Of a stretch of 64,000 nt of DNA, positions 25,846 through 40,406 are shown piece after piece. The notes under the pieces are model-generated. The model did not search any database and was not told the DNA's origin. It worked only from the letters and a program-made list of their open reading frames with translations. Numbering within the stretch: position 1 is the stretch's first letter; the number at the start of each line of letters is the position of its first letter. Location: the NCBI RefSeq assembly GCF_009914755.1, contig NC_060931.1. One strand, given 5' to 3'. Position numbers and translations under genes: made by a program. Source of the DNA: the human T2T-CHM13v2.0 reference genome, Homo sapiens.

Positions 25846-25860
25846 CCAACAGATGGTGCT
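25846..25860 (+). promoter_or_regulatory. Candidate CTCF motif (forward)
   Basis: CCAACAGATGGTGCT versus consensus CCASYAGRKGGCRS; motif match only. Confidence 0.3.
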
Positions 25861-28800
25861 GCATATCATAAATATTTTGATGAATATAATGACCCCAGGG
25901 GGTTCTGGGCCCGTCAATTAACACTCTAATGGGAGATTTCAACAATCCATATGACAGGATTTACAGAGAGTGACCAGTCATGATTACTAAAAAAAAAATC
26001 TATGCTATAGCGAGCATAAAATAGGTTCAACCACAGAATAATAAATACAAAATATGGCAAATATATAATACACAATATTATTAATTACAAAATATTGCTA
26101 AAGAATTCAGATATCAAGTTAGAGAATTAGAAACCACATGGCAATAAATGGATATATGGATATCATGTTCCTTGACACTACCACACTAACATTAAAAAGC
26201 AAAGGAAGGGGTGGAATTCAGACAACATACAGGTCACAGACAAAAGATAGTCATTATTTCAATATCTGAAAATATCAGTGAAATATTCAGTCATTATCTG
26301 AAGTGGATGTTTGCAGGGTGGAAAATTAGATGGTAAAATCCAAACAAGAGCTTAACAGCTAAACTGTGGAAGGGTTTCAGAAAAGTAAAACAATACTGAT
26401 AAAACTGGGAGAGAGAGCATGGGCGTAATGCACACATATAAGATGAATTGTTGTTTATGTAAGTGTAATTAAGGTTAGTACACTTACAAGGCAGGATGTC
26501 CCCAGATCCAACTACAATTATAAGAGCGACTAAAAATACAGGTGGGATGTAATGATGTCCCAGTTGAGATAAACATGGTAAGGACACTGTTATTAGACTA
26601 CTGAAAAATGTGGAGATTATTTGGTACTAGAGCAGATCTAAAAGAAATAGACCAAAAGAAAAAAAAAAAGAAGGAACTGATGGGGAAGGTAGGGGAGTTG
26701 AGGACACACCGAAGAACCTAATAGAAAATAAAAGAAAGAATAAGAAGAACTTCTGCTTATTCTAGACATGAAAAGAAATAGATAGAACCATCTTAAGAAT
26801 AGGTAAGCCCCATGAGACAGAATAGTAGACCACATAGGGATAAATGGCTTTCATGCAGCCCAAAAGTAAAGAACTTCTGCTGTTCCAACAAAGGGAAAAA
26901 AGGAAGGGACTGTTACTATCAAAAACAGTAAGGATAAGCTTAGACTACAGAGACAAAACCCAGAGCTCTAAACTAGAAACATGGCATTCTTTTATCTTTC
27001 CTGATCACATTTTTCCTATATTATCTATTAAAATGTAATTGTGCAAATAATGTTATAATAGCATTACTACATACAGAATCATAAATATCAATAATTTCAG
27101 GAAAAATGCCTGAGTATGCATAAACGAAATGAAAAGAAAAATTTAAACTGTTAGGAGGAAGCATTTCTGTAGGAGTCCTGGTAAAATGAAGCCTAGGATC
27201 AGCCAGTTGTCTTCCCAGAACATGAAGTATCTTTAACAGCAAATTCCAAATGAGTAACTGGAACAGACCTGATAAAAGAAAATTATAGGACATTGAAGAA
27301 AATAAAATCAATTTAGTAGTATATATTTCTATTGAAGAGGCAAAACTGACACCAGTGACATTACTCACATTGGATTGTGATGTGTCATATCTATTCTCTT
27401 AACTAAAGTTTATTCTTGAAAGCTTTGTAAAATTTATTTGGTGGTGTGAATGGGGGAAGTTTTATTATAATTTTGGATCATTTATTTAACGTGTACATAT
27501 GAACTATTTAGATTTTCTTTTTCTTCTTCAGTCAGTTTCAGTGAGTAATATTTTTCTGGAAATTTGCCTGTTTTACTTAGGTTTTCAAATTCACTGGCAT
27601 AAAATTGTCATTGAGGTGGCAGTAGGAATGGCAGTCCAATGGTTCCTTTTTAATAACCTTTTGAAATAATTATAGACTTACAAGAAATTGCAAAAGTAGT
27701 ACAAACATGTTCCATGTACCCTTTCTTCAACTCACCCCAATTCTAATATCTTACATCTACTAGCACATTACCAAAATCAAATACTGTTGATTAGGCTACG
27801 CACCTTACTTGATTCCACCAGTTTTTACCTGAACTGATTTTTTACATGTATATAGTATATATACATGTACATAGTTTTAAGAGATTTTACCACTTGTATG
27901 GATTCACACAGCTACCACCACAAGATATGGGGCTGTTCCATCATCACAAAGACCCTCCCTCATGCTACCTTATTACAGTCAGATCCTCTTTGCCCACCCA
28001 CCTCCCTAACTCTGACAATCACTGATTTCTTCTCCATATCTATAATTTTGTCACATCAAGAGGGTTACGTAAACTGAATCATACAGTAAGGAACTCCTTA
28101 ATATTGGCTTATTTCACTCAGCATAACTGTGTTCATAACCAATATATGATGTTCTACATTTCTATATGTGCTTTTATTTACAATCTACATTCCTTCTTTG
28201 GTTATATGTCTGCTTCAGTCTTTTACCTTTTTTTTATTGTGGTGTTTGGTTTTTTTTTTTTTTGTTAAACTTGGGGAGTTCTTTATAATACCATTGTCTT
28301 ATTGGTGATTTGCAAATAAACTTTCCCAGTCTGTGGCTTGTGTTTTTATCCTCTTAATGAGGTATTTCACAGAGCAGAAGTTTTTAAGTCTGATCAAGTC
28401 CAATTTATCAAATTTTCTTTCATAGATTATGCTTTTGGTATCACATCTAAGATCTCTTAGACCCAAGTCACAAAGATTTTTTTCTACAATGTTTCCCATA
28501 TAAGTATTATAAATTTGTGTTTTACATGTAGACTTATAGTTCATTTTGAGTTAATTTTACATAAGGTGTGAGGTTTAGGTAGTAGTTCATTTTTCTGGCT
28601 GTGAATGTCCAATTTTCCCAGTGCCATGTATTGAAAATGTCACCTTTCCTTTATTGATTGCTTTCACATTTTTATCAAAATCTGTTGTCCATACCTTTAA
28701 GGGATCTCTTTCTAGGTTCTTTGTTCTGCTCCATTGATCTATGTGTCTTTTTCTGCATGATTCTGTCTTGATTAATGTAGCTGTACAGTAAGTCTTAGAC

Positions 28801-29212
28801 CAAGGTGGCCTGATTTCTCGAACTTTATTACTTTTCAAAAATATTTAGCCTACTCTAGTTTATTTGCTATTTTACATTAATTTTATATTAACCTAGATTA
28901 TATCTACAAAAATATTATGAAGATTTTGATATGAATTGCACTAAATCTATAGATACATTTAGGAAGAATTGACATTTTTCTAGGGTAAGTCTTTCAATTT
29001 ATGAGAATAGTGTGTCTTTTCATTTTATTGCTGCTTCTGTTATTTATTTCATCAGCATTTTGTACTTGACAGCATACCGTCCTGTAAATGTTTTCTAAGA
29101 CAGACGCCTAATAGTTAAATTTTTTTAGTGATTTTAATTGGTCTTGTTTTTTAAGTTTTGGCTTTCAATGTTAGTTGCTAGTCTATGGGAATATTATTGA
29201 TTTCTTGATCAA

Positions 29213-29600
29213 GAATCCTGTACAGTGTGCAGAACCATGAGCCAATTATAAACTACCCAGTCTCAGACATTTTTTAATAACAGTGTGAAAACCAAGCAGT
29301 ACAGGCTTCTGGGGAGGCTTCAAGAAACTTTTACTCATGGTGGAAGGCAAAGTGGGAGCAGGTGTCTTACGTGGCTGGAGTAGGAGAAAGAGAGAGAGAA
29401 GGGGGTAGTGCCACATACTTTTAAACATCCAGATCTCATGAGAGCTCACTCACCATACAGTACCAAGTGGGGGATGGTGCTAGGCCATTTATGAGAACTC
29501 CACCCCCATGATCCAATCACCTCCCACCAGGCCCCGCCTCTAACACTGAGGATTACAATTGAGCATGAGATTTGGATAAGGATGCACCCAAACCATATCA
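29213..29600 (-). mobile_element. MST (MaLR) solo LTR with an inverted terminal segment
   Basis: ggggaggcttcaagaaactt...catgatccaatcacctcccaccaggcccc...caaaccatatca (- strand); segment ~29216-29303 is in the opposite orientation. Confidence 0.85.
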
Positions 29601-29679
29601 GATCCTGTGACCCTGATAAACTCATTTATTAGTTCAAGGGATTTCTTTTTAACTTTTGGGGATTTTTTTTAATATACAC

Positions 29680-29885
29680 TAGAGAGTTTGCAAACTATGG
29701 GTTGTGGGACAAATTCAGGACACTCTCTTTGTTAACTTTCATAAGAACATGCATATTTATATTTTGTATATGGCTGTTTTTATGCTATAAAAACAGAAAT
29801 GAATACTTGTGACAGGCACCACATTGCTACAAAGCTAAGTATTTACTATCTGGTCCTTCACAGAAAAAGCTTGCTGATATCTGAT
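29680..29885. mobile_element. MER58-like hAT MITE
   Basis: agagagtttgcaaactatgg...atttactatctggtccttcacagaaaaagcttgctga. Confidence 0.75.
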
Positions 29886-32800
29886 GTAGACAATTGTGCC
29901 ATATGAAAAGAGACCATTTTATTTTTTCCTTTACTGTCTATATGTTGTTTATATCCTTTTCTTGCCTTATTGCAGTGCCTACAACTTCCAGCACTGTGTT
30001 GAAGGGGTGGTGAGAGTAGACCTCCTTTCATGGTTCTAATTTTAGAGGAGACATATTCAGTCTTTCACCATTAAGCACGATGTTCACTGTAGGCTTTTGT
30101 AGATGCTTTCTATGAGGTTGAGGAGGTTCCTGTCTATTCCTAGTTTTCTGAGTTTCATCATGAAAGGGTGTTGAATATTTTTAATGCTTTTTGTATGCCA
30201 ATTTATATGATTGTGTGGTTTGCCTTCTTAACCTGTATATGTTGAATTACCTTGATTTTCAAGTATAAAACCACCTTTATATTTCTGGAATGACTCCTAT
30301 TTAGTTGTGACACATAATTATTTACATATGTATTGCTGGATAGATTTACTAATATTTTGTTGAGTTTTTTGTGTCTGTAGTTTTATTCTGTACTATCTTT
30401 GCTGATTTTGGTTTGAGGATATTATTAGCTTCATAACATGAGTTAGGAAGTGCTTTCTTCTATTTTCTGAAAGAAGAATGCATAGAATTCAGGTAATTTT
30501 TGTTTAAATGTTTGTGAGAATTGTCCAGTGAAACCATCTTGGGGATTTTTTTTTGGAGTATTTATTTTCAAAGTTAACTTATTTGATAGTTATGGGACTG
30601 TTTAGATTATCTATTTCACCTTTGGTGAAATTTGTTAGGTTGCAGTTTTGCAGAAATTGATTCATTTCATTTAAGTGGTCAAATTTATGTGTGTATGGTT
30701 GATGGTAGTGTTCCCTTAATATCTTTTTATATCTACAGATTTTGTTGTGATATTCCCCTTCTCCCCCTGATATTGATAATATGTATCTTCTTTCTCTTCT
30801 TGTCTGTCAGTTTTATTAAAGGTCTATCAATTTCATCAATCTTTTTCAAGCAACCAGCTTTTGGTTTGATAGATGGATTTTATCTACTGTTTTTTTCTGT
30901 TTTCTTTTTAAAATTTTTCTTTTGTTTTTAATTGACACATAATTATATACATCTGTGGGGTACAGCATAATGTTTGGACACATTGTATAATGATTAAATC
31001 ATGGTATTTAGCATATTCATCAACTCAAACTTTTATCATTTCTTTATGGTGAGAACATTCAGGATTCTGTCTTCTAGTTATTTTGAAATGTACACTATAA
31101 TATAGTTTACTGTAGTCACTCTACTATGCTGTAGAATACTCTTATTTCTCTTACCTAACTGTAATTTTGTATCTGTTGACTGATCTCTCCTTCCCCTCCC
31201 CAGTTCCCCACACTCCCCAGCCTCTGGCAACCCATTATTCTATTATATTTCAATGAGATAAGCTTTTTTGGACTCCACAAAGGAGTGTGATCATGTGGTA
31301 TTTGTCTTTCTGTGCCTGGCTTATTTTACTTAACAATGTCTTTCAGGTTCATCCATGTTGCCAAAAAAGACAGGATTTTATTTTTCCATGCCTGAGTAAT
31401 GTTCTATTGTGTATATATATCAGACTGTATTAATTTGTATGTTGACAGACACTTAGCTTGATTCTATATCGTGGCTATTGTCAATAGTGCAATAACATAG
31501 AAGTTCAGATATCCTTTATCATACTGATTTTATTTCCTTTGAATAAATACCCAATAGTAGAAGTGCTGGATCATACGGCAGCTCTATTTTTAATTTTTTG
31601 AGGAAACTCCATGCTGTTTTTCATAATGGCTATGACAGTTTACATTCCCATCAACAGCTTATGTGTAAAGGTTCCCTTTTTTCCATATTCATGGTAGCAT
31701 TTGTTATTTTTCGTTTTTTTTTACTAGCCATTATAATTGTTGTGAGCTGCTATCTCATTGTGGCTTTTGATTTGCATTTCCCTGATGATGAGTGATTTTG
31801 AGCATTTTTTCATGTACTCTTTGGCTGTTTGTATGTCTTCTTTTGATAAATATCTATTGAAGTCCTTTCTCCATTTTTAAACTGGAATACTTATTTTTTT
31901 GCTATTGAATTGTTTGAGTTTCTTATACGTTCTGGACATTAGCCCTTTGTCAGTTGCATAGTTTGCTGATATTTTCTCTCATTAGTCACTTTGTTGATTA
32001 TTTCCTTTGTTGTGCAGAAGCTTTTTAGTTTGATGTAATCCCACTTGTCTATTTTTGCTTTTGTTGCCTCTGTTTCTGTGTTCTTATATAAAAATCATTT
32101 CCTAGACTGATGTCATAAAGCATTCCCCTAATGTTTTCTTCTAGTACTTTTATAGTTTTGGGTCTTACATTTAAGTCTTTAATCTATTTTGAGTTACTGT
32201 CTATTTCCTTCTTTAGATCTTACAATATTTGCTTTATATATCTGGGTGCTCTGAGGTAGGGTGCATATATGTTTAAAATCGTTACATCCTCTTCCCAAAT
32301 TAACCCCTTTATCATGATATAATGGCCTTTTTATCTCTTTTTTCTAAGTTTTTGGCTAGAAATCTATTTTGTCTGGCATAAGTATTGCTACTCCTGCTCT
32401 CTTTCAGTTCCTGTTTATGCAGAATATTATTTATAAGTTGACAACTTAACTTTGATCTTATACAAATACTCTAGACTTTTGCCCTCCACGTGCAATTTAT
32501 AATTTTGTAGCCCTAATTTATATTTTTTAATATAGTGTGTTCTTTAACATCTTATTGGAACTATAGATTTCATCAACCATTTTAACATTTGTACTAGAGA
32601 TTTGAAAGATTATATACTATCTTTACATTAGTGCTATCCTGAATTTGGTAGTAAATTTACCTCTACTGTTTCTAACTTTGATTTGGAATTTACCTCTACC
32701 AATGAATTTTAAACTTTCATTGTGCTTCACAGGGTTTCTGTGAATCCCTTGCTGTATTCCAGTGTTTTCCTTTAGACTTTTCTAATAGCAGTTTTCCAAT

Positions 32801-35800
32801 TGAAGTATTTTTCTTCTTGCTGTTTCTGTCATTTATTGTGGGAGGGATAAGTGTTAGGTAACTCTAGTCAGCCATCTTACTGACATCACTCTTGTTGTTT
32901 TTCTATTTTCAGTTCCATTTATTTCTAGTCTCCAAATTATTTCCTTTCTTTTGCTGCTTTGAGTTAATCTTTCTCTTATGTTCTATCTTCCTGAGGAGGA
33001 AGCTAAATTTTTTAATTTTAAATTTTTCTTATTTTCTAATATTAGCATTTAGTGCTAAAAATTTCCTTCCAAGCACTGCTTAGCTGCATCTCACATATTT
33101 CAATATGTTGTATTTTCATTTTTCTTCTATTTAATGTAATATTTTATTTCCCTTTAGAGTTCTTCTCTGACCTGTGGATTATGTAGATGTGTGTGGTTAA
33201 ATTTTTCAGTGTTTGAAGATATTTCTATTGTCTTTCTAATAGATTACTAGTTTGATTCCATTGTGGTTAGAGAACATATTTTGTATGATTTCAATTCTTT
33301 TGAATTTGTTGAATGCTGTTTTAAAGACTAAGGATGTGGTATTGGTGAATATTCTATATGCAGTTGAAAAGAATTTGTATTCTGCTGTTGTTTGGTAGAG
33401 TGTTTTATAAATCGTAATTAGATCCCATTGATTAGTAGTATTTTTCAATTCTACTATAACTTTTCAGATTTTCTGTCCATTATTTCTATTGGTTACTTGA
33501 GAGAATAACAAATTATAAATAAAATTTACTCTATATTATAACTTTGTCTTTTTTTTAAGTGGTCAGTTTTTCCTTCATATATTTTGCAGCTTGTTTGCTG
33601 TGTACACATTGAAAATTGTGATGTCTTTGTCAGTGGATTAACCCTTTTGTCATTGTATATCTTTTCTTTCCTCTGAAGTCTACTTTATTTAAGATAGCTA
33701 TTCTCATTTTTCTTTATTACTGTTTGAATAGTGTATTTTTACATCATGTACTTTTAACCTAACTATATAATTACATGTAATATTAATTTCCTGTTAGTAG
33801 CATACAGTTTGTCATAATTTTTGTTCACTCTGCTAAAATGTGTCTTTTAATTGGGTATTTACATTTATTGTAATTATTGACGTATTAGGACTTAAGTCTG
33901 CCATTTTATTATTTGTTTCCATCTTCCCTTCTTATTTCATTTCTCTATTTTCTGCTTCCCTGTGGGTAACCTAAACATTTTTTTAGTATTCTGTTTTGAT
34001 TTACTTACAATGTCTTTGAGTACATTTCTTAATGTAGTATTTTAAGTAGTGACCCTGGGTATTACAATATACATATGTAATTTATTATAACCTACTAGTA
34101 TTGACATTTTATCACTGCAAGTAATAAAGTCAAAACCTTATCACCATTTAGGTCTCTTTTCCCTCCTCCCTTTGTAATATAAATTTCCCAAATATTTTCT
34201 CTATATACATTGAGAACCACATTAGATAATTTAAAAATTTTGCTTCCAACTAATATAATTTTTTGACTAATATAATTTTTTAAACTCATAAGGAAAATGA
34301 TATCCTATTATATTTACCTATTCCATTGCTCCATATTTATTCTTGATGTTTTAGGTTTCTTTCAATTATTATTTTCTTTCTGTTGGAATACTTTTCTTTA
34401 GCAAGTCTTCTAGGTTAGCCTTACTGACATTTTTTCATTTTTTTAGGTAGCAGTTTGTCAATTTTATCTTTTCAGAAAATAAATTCCTCATTTCATTGAT
34501 ATTTTGTATTTTTAGTCACTATTTTGTTGGTTTATGCTCTGATCTTTATTGTTTATTTTCTTGTACTTATTTTGGGTTTAGTTTGTTCTTGTTTTTCTAG
34601 TTCCTTGAGGTATAATATTAGGTGGTTTATTTGAAATGAACCATGCTAAGTAGTTTAGTAAAAATGTCTTTATTTCACTTTCATTCCTGAAAGATATTTT
34701 TGTTGGATATGGAATTCTGGGTTGACAGTTCTCCTCTTCCAGCAATTGGAAAATATTTTGCTACTTCCTTCTGACCTTTGTGGTTTTGGATGACAATTCC
34801 ACTGTTCTGGGAAATGCTTTTTTCCTATAAACAATCTGTCATGGATCTTTCAGGACTTTCTCTGGATCTTTCAGGACTTTGTCTTCAGTTCTCAGAGGTT
34901 TAATTATGATGTCTCTACAAATTTACTTTTTTGAGTTTGTCTTATTTTTGGTTCACTCAGCTTCTTAAATCTATAGTTTATTTGTTTTAGCTGATTTGGA
35001 AGTTTTTCCACCATTATTATTTTTTTCTTAAGTTTTCTGCCCTGCACACTTTTTCTTTTTCTTCTGTGACTCTGATGACACAAATGTTAAATTTTATGTT
35101 GTTGTCTCAGTTATCTGAGGTTCTATTCATTCTTTTCCCAATCATCTTTTTTCCATTGCTCAGATTGAATAATATTTATTGATCTATATTCAAGTTTATT
35201 ATTTCCCCTGTCATTTCCGTTTTCTTACTGAGCCTATCCAGTGAATTTTTCATTTAGGTTATTGAATTTTTCAGTTCTAAATTTTCCATCTGATTTTCTT
35301 TTTATCTTTGTTTGTTGAGACTTTCCACTTTAAAAATTTGTTTCAAGAATGTATCTAACTACTAATTTTTATAATAGTTGCTTTAACATCCTTGGCAGAT
35401 AATTTCAAAATTCATGTCATCTTGGTGTTGGCATTTGCTGATTGTCTTTTCTCTTTCAATTTCACAGTTTCCTTGTTTTTGTACAATGAGTAATGTTCTC
35501 TTATTTTCTAGCCATTTGTTACATTATACATTATGTGATGAGACAAGGTTCCCAGTTAGTTTTCCTTTTCTTTTTTTAGCAGTTATTCCAGCTACTTAGG
35601 TTTAGCATACATTTTATGGCCTACTTTTGTGAGTTGTAGTTCAAATATGAAATTATTTTTCAAAGTCTTTGTAGTGATATTCTCATCTGCACTATTGTGT
35701 GCTACCAGTAACCCAGTCTGAAACCTGGTTGGTTTTCCACTGAAGTTCAGTACCTAAAACTGTTACTTTGTTGATAATCCTGCATGAGTCACTTGAGGAT

Positions 35801-35835
35801 CTGCCCAGGACTTTGTATATAAAGTATCTTTTTCA

Positions 35836-38800
35836 GCTGTGAGAGGGAGCATGGCTGGAGCTGTGAGGTAATATAGAGTACCCCTATGACTGAACAAGAC
35901 CCTATCTACTGACCATTACGCTTAAGTGCTACTTACTGGTTCACACTCTAAAACTTCAACACTGAAAAATACTTTGGTAATCTGTCCCCTTGTAAAACCA
36001 GAGGCAAGAAGTCAGCTACAAATAAAGACTCTGCACAAAGCCTCAGCCCTCTGGAAACATGCAAAAAGAAAGTCTACTGACTGTACTCAATTTATACCAC
36101 AGTTAAAGGAGCATGCACACACAGACATGAGAAAGAACCAGCACAAGAACTCTGGCAAGTCAAATGCCCAGAGTGTCTTCTGTTCTCCAAACAAGCACAC
36201 TAGTTCTCCAACAAGGGTTCTTAACCAGGCTGGGATGGTTGAAATGACAGAAATAGAATCCCAAATATAGATAGGAGTGAAGATCATTGAGATTCAGTAG
36301 AACTTTGAAACCAAATTCAAGAAAGCTAAGAATGAAAATAAAATAATATGGGAGCTAACAGATTAAACAGCCAGTATAAAAAAGAACCTATATGACCTGA
36401 TAGAGCTAAAAAATACACCATAAGAATTTCATAATATTGAGAAGTGAAGCCAGCTGGACTTCCTTGGTAGAGTGGGGACTTGGAGAACTTTTCTGTCTAG
36501 CAAGAGGATTGTAAAACACACCAATCAGCACTCAGTAGCTAGGATTGTAAAATGCACCAATCAGTGCTCTGTAGCTAGCAAGGGGATTGTAAAATGCACC
36601 AATCAGTGCTCTGTAAAAACACACCAATCAGCGCTCTGTAGTTAGCAAGAGGATTGTAAAATGCACCAATCAGCGCTCTGTAAAATGCACCAATCAGCAC
36701 TCTGTAAAATGCACCAATCAGCAGGATCCCAAAAGTAGCCAATCGCAGGGAGGATTGAAAAAAGGGCATTCTAATAGGGCAGAAACAGAACATGGGAGCA
36801 GACAAATAAGGGAATAAAAGCTGGCCACCCCAGCCAGAAGTAGCAACCCATTCAGGTCCCCTTCCACACTGTGGAAGCTTTGTTCTTTTGCTCTTCACAA
36901 TAAACCTTGCTACTGCCCATTCTTTGGGTCCGTGCCATCTTGAAGGGCTGTAACACTCACCGCGAAGGTCCGCGGCTTCATTTTTGAAGTCAGCAAGACC
37001 ACAAACCCACCAGAAGGAACCAACTCCAGACACAATATTATCACAAGTATTAACAGTAGAATAGACCAAGCTGAGGAAAGAATCTCAGAACTTGAAGACT
37101 GGCTCTCTAAAATAAGACAATCAGATAATTAAAAAAAAAAAAAGAAGGAAAATGAATGAACAAAACCTCCATGAAGTATGGGATTATGTAGAGGCTAAAT
37201 CTATAGACCATTAGTGCTCCTAAAAGAGAGGGGGAGAAAGCAAGCAATTTGGAAAACACATTTCAGGATGTTATCCATGAAAACTTCCCCAGCCTCACTA
37301 GAGAATCCAACATCCAAATTCAGGAAATAAAGAGAACCCTTGCAAGATACTACACAAAAATTTCATACCCAAGACGTATAATTATTTAATCGTCAGGTTT
37401 TCCAAGATTGCAATGAAAGAAAAAATATTAAAGGCTGCTAGAGAGACAGGGCAGTTCTCCTAAGGGAATTCCTAAGGGAATTCCATCAGGCTAAAAAGTC
37501 CATAGAAGTCTAAAAGTCTATAGCAGATGTTTCAGCAGAAACCCTACTAGCCAGAGGGGATGAGGGGCCCACATTCAACAACAACAAAAAAATTTCCAAC
37601 CAAGAATTTCATATCCATGCTTCAAAAGTGGAGGAGAAAAAGGATCCTTCTCAGAGAAGCAAATGCTGAGAGATTCATGACGACCAGACCTGCCTTACAA
37701 GAGCTCCTGAAAGAAGCACTAAATATAGAAAGGAAAGAACATTTCCAGCCACAACAAGAACACACTGAAGTACATACACAGACCAGTGACACTATAAAGC
37801 AACCACACAAATAAGTCTGTGTAACAACAACCTAACAATACAATGACAGTTTCAAATCCACACACATCAACAGTAACTTGAATGTAAATAGACGAAATTT
37901 CCCAATTAAAAGGCACAGAGTGACAAGATGGATAAAGAAGCAAGACCCAATGGTATGCTGTTATCAAGACCCATCTCACATGCAATGACACTCATAGATT
38001 CAAAATAAAGGGTTGAAGAAAAATCTACCAAGCAAATAGAGAACAGAAAAAAGCAGGGGTTGCAACCCTAATTCCAGACAAAACAGACTTTGATTTAACC
38101 AACAAAGATAAAAAGAGACAAAGAAGGTCATTATATAATGGTAAAGGGTTCAATTCAACAAGATCTAACTATCCTAAATATATGTACCCAACACAGGAGC
38201 ACCCAGATTCATAAAGCAAGTTCTTAGAGATCTTCAAAGACACTTAGACTCCCACACAATAATAGTGGGAGTCTTCAAAATCCCACTGGCAGTATTAGAC
38301 AGGGAGAAAATTAACAAATATATTCAGAACCTGAACTCAAGTCTTGATCAAATGAACCTAATAGACATTGACAGAACTCTCCATCCAAAAACAATGGATT
38401 ATGCATTCTTCTCATTGCCATATGGCAATGTAAATTATTGCCATACTGCTATGTAAATTAGTCCAACCATTGTTGGAAGCAGTGTGGTCATCCCTCAAAA
38501 AAATAAAAAGAGAACTAGCATTAAACCCAGCAATCCTATTACTGGGTATATACCCAAATGAATATAAATTGCTCTACCATAAGGACACATGCACACATAT
38601 GTTCATTGCAGCACTATTCACAATAGCAAAGACATGAAATCAAACTAAATGCCCACCAATGATAGACTGGATAAAGAAAATGTGGTAAATATACACCTTG
38701 AAATACTGTGAAGCCATATAAAATAATGAAATCATGTCCTTTGCAGGAACATAGATGGAGCTGGAGGCCATTATCCTTACCTAACCAACCCAGGAACAGA

Positions 38801-39067
38801 AAACCAAATACCATATGTTCTCACTTATAAGTGGGAGCTAACTAATGAGAACTAATGGCCACAGCGAGGGGAAAAACAGACACTAAGACCTACTTGAGGG
38901 AGGAGGGAGAGGTTCAGAAACAAACAAACAAACAAACATTCAGGCTCTCTGCTCAGTACCCGGGTGACAATATGGTCTGTGCACCAAACCCACATAATAC
39001 AAATTTGTCTGTAATAAGAAATCTGCACATGTACCCCTGAACCTAAAATAAAAGTTAAATGAATAAA
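35836..39067 (+). mobile_element. L1 (L1PB/old L1PA) with 5'UTR piece, ORF1, ORF2 start, large internal deletion and 3' end
   Basis: ORF1 (gaaagaaccagcacaagaactctggc, gaaagaatctcagaacttgaagac); EN (atggtaaagggttcaattcaac); jump at ~38450 to the ORF2 end; 3' aataaaagtt; TSD taaagtatct(t/c)tttc. Confidence 0.9.
36438..37034 (+). mobile_element. LTR12 (ERV9) solo LTR, short form
   Basis: TG...CA ends; 4-bp TSD atat; 8 CCAAT boxes in tandem gcaccaatcagcgctctgtaaa units; ggaataaaagc TATA-like box; gtaacactcaccgcgaaggtccgcggcttc. Confidence 0.95.
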
Positions 39068-40014
39068 TAAAGTATCTCTTTCTTCAACTACTTCCTTTCT
39101 GTAATTCTTTCCCTAACCTCAAGTTGCAAAGAGAGAAGTGCTGACTAGTTACTACAAATCATGAATGGAAGCCTAGACCCATCACACCCCACTGTCTCTA
39201 CATACACTTAACTGGCTGAGACTATAAGGAGTACCCAACCACTTATTACTACCAGATGAGGACGAAGTCAGAGCTCTGCTCACAGTGTCCATGTTTCCTG
39301 CAGTGCCTGGTATGTGAGAAGGGGCATTTTTCTTTTTGTACTGTGTTTGGCTGGAATAGGATGGGTACTGCTCAAAGAGTACTCTCCTATTGGCCCACTC
39401 CTTTTCACGTCCTTTGGCTAGAGAAAGTAGGATTTTTCTGGAGCTTCTTGGCCTGTGCCTATTGGCATTTCCAAGTTGTGTTCTTCTCTAGTGATCAAGA
39501 TGGGGTATATGAGAGACAAAAAACAAAACAAAACAAAAACCAGAAAAAGGGAACAGACCACTGTCATTTTTCAAGTTCCAAAATTCCTAGGCAGTACACC
39601 TTCTTTTCTCTCATGTAAGAGTCTTCCAGTGTTTTATGCATTTTGTCCAGGATTTTAACATTCAGATAGTGGAAGAAATACAGTGAAATGTGTCTACTTC
39701 ATCGTGATTGAACGGCTGAACCAAGATAAAAGCAAATCTTAACAGAATACAGATTTTTTAAAGACACATTACATACAACGATAAAAAATATAGAAATTAC
39801 ACCAGATGAATTATCAGAAATATGCAAGCCAGAAAACAATGGAGTGACATCATTAAAATGTTGAGAAAGAAACATACCTGTCAATTTAAAAATCCTAAGC
39901 CCAGCAAAAATCTCAAAAATGAATGAGAAATGATGACCTTTTATTTCAGCAAAACAAAAATTGAGGGAATTTATTAACAGCGGCACAGCATGATGAGAAA
40001 TGATGAAGAAAATC

Positions 40015-40406
<392 letters not shown>

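Larger units (their letters stand above)
27400..35820 (-). mobile_element. Nested old L1 fragments (L1MA/MB/MC types), antisense
   Basis: T-rich; L1 antisense hallmarks (gcagaagtttttaagtctgat, gaagaattgacatt, gttgaggaggttcc, ttgcatttccctgatga, ttccattgtggttagagaa, ggaattctgggttgacagt); 3' ends at ~27650 and ~30925. Confidence 0.9.
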
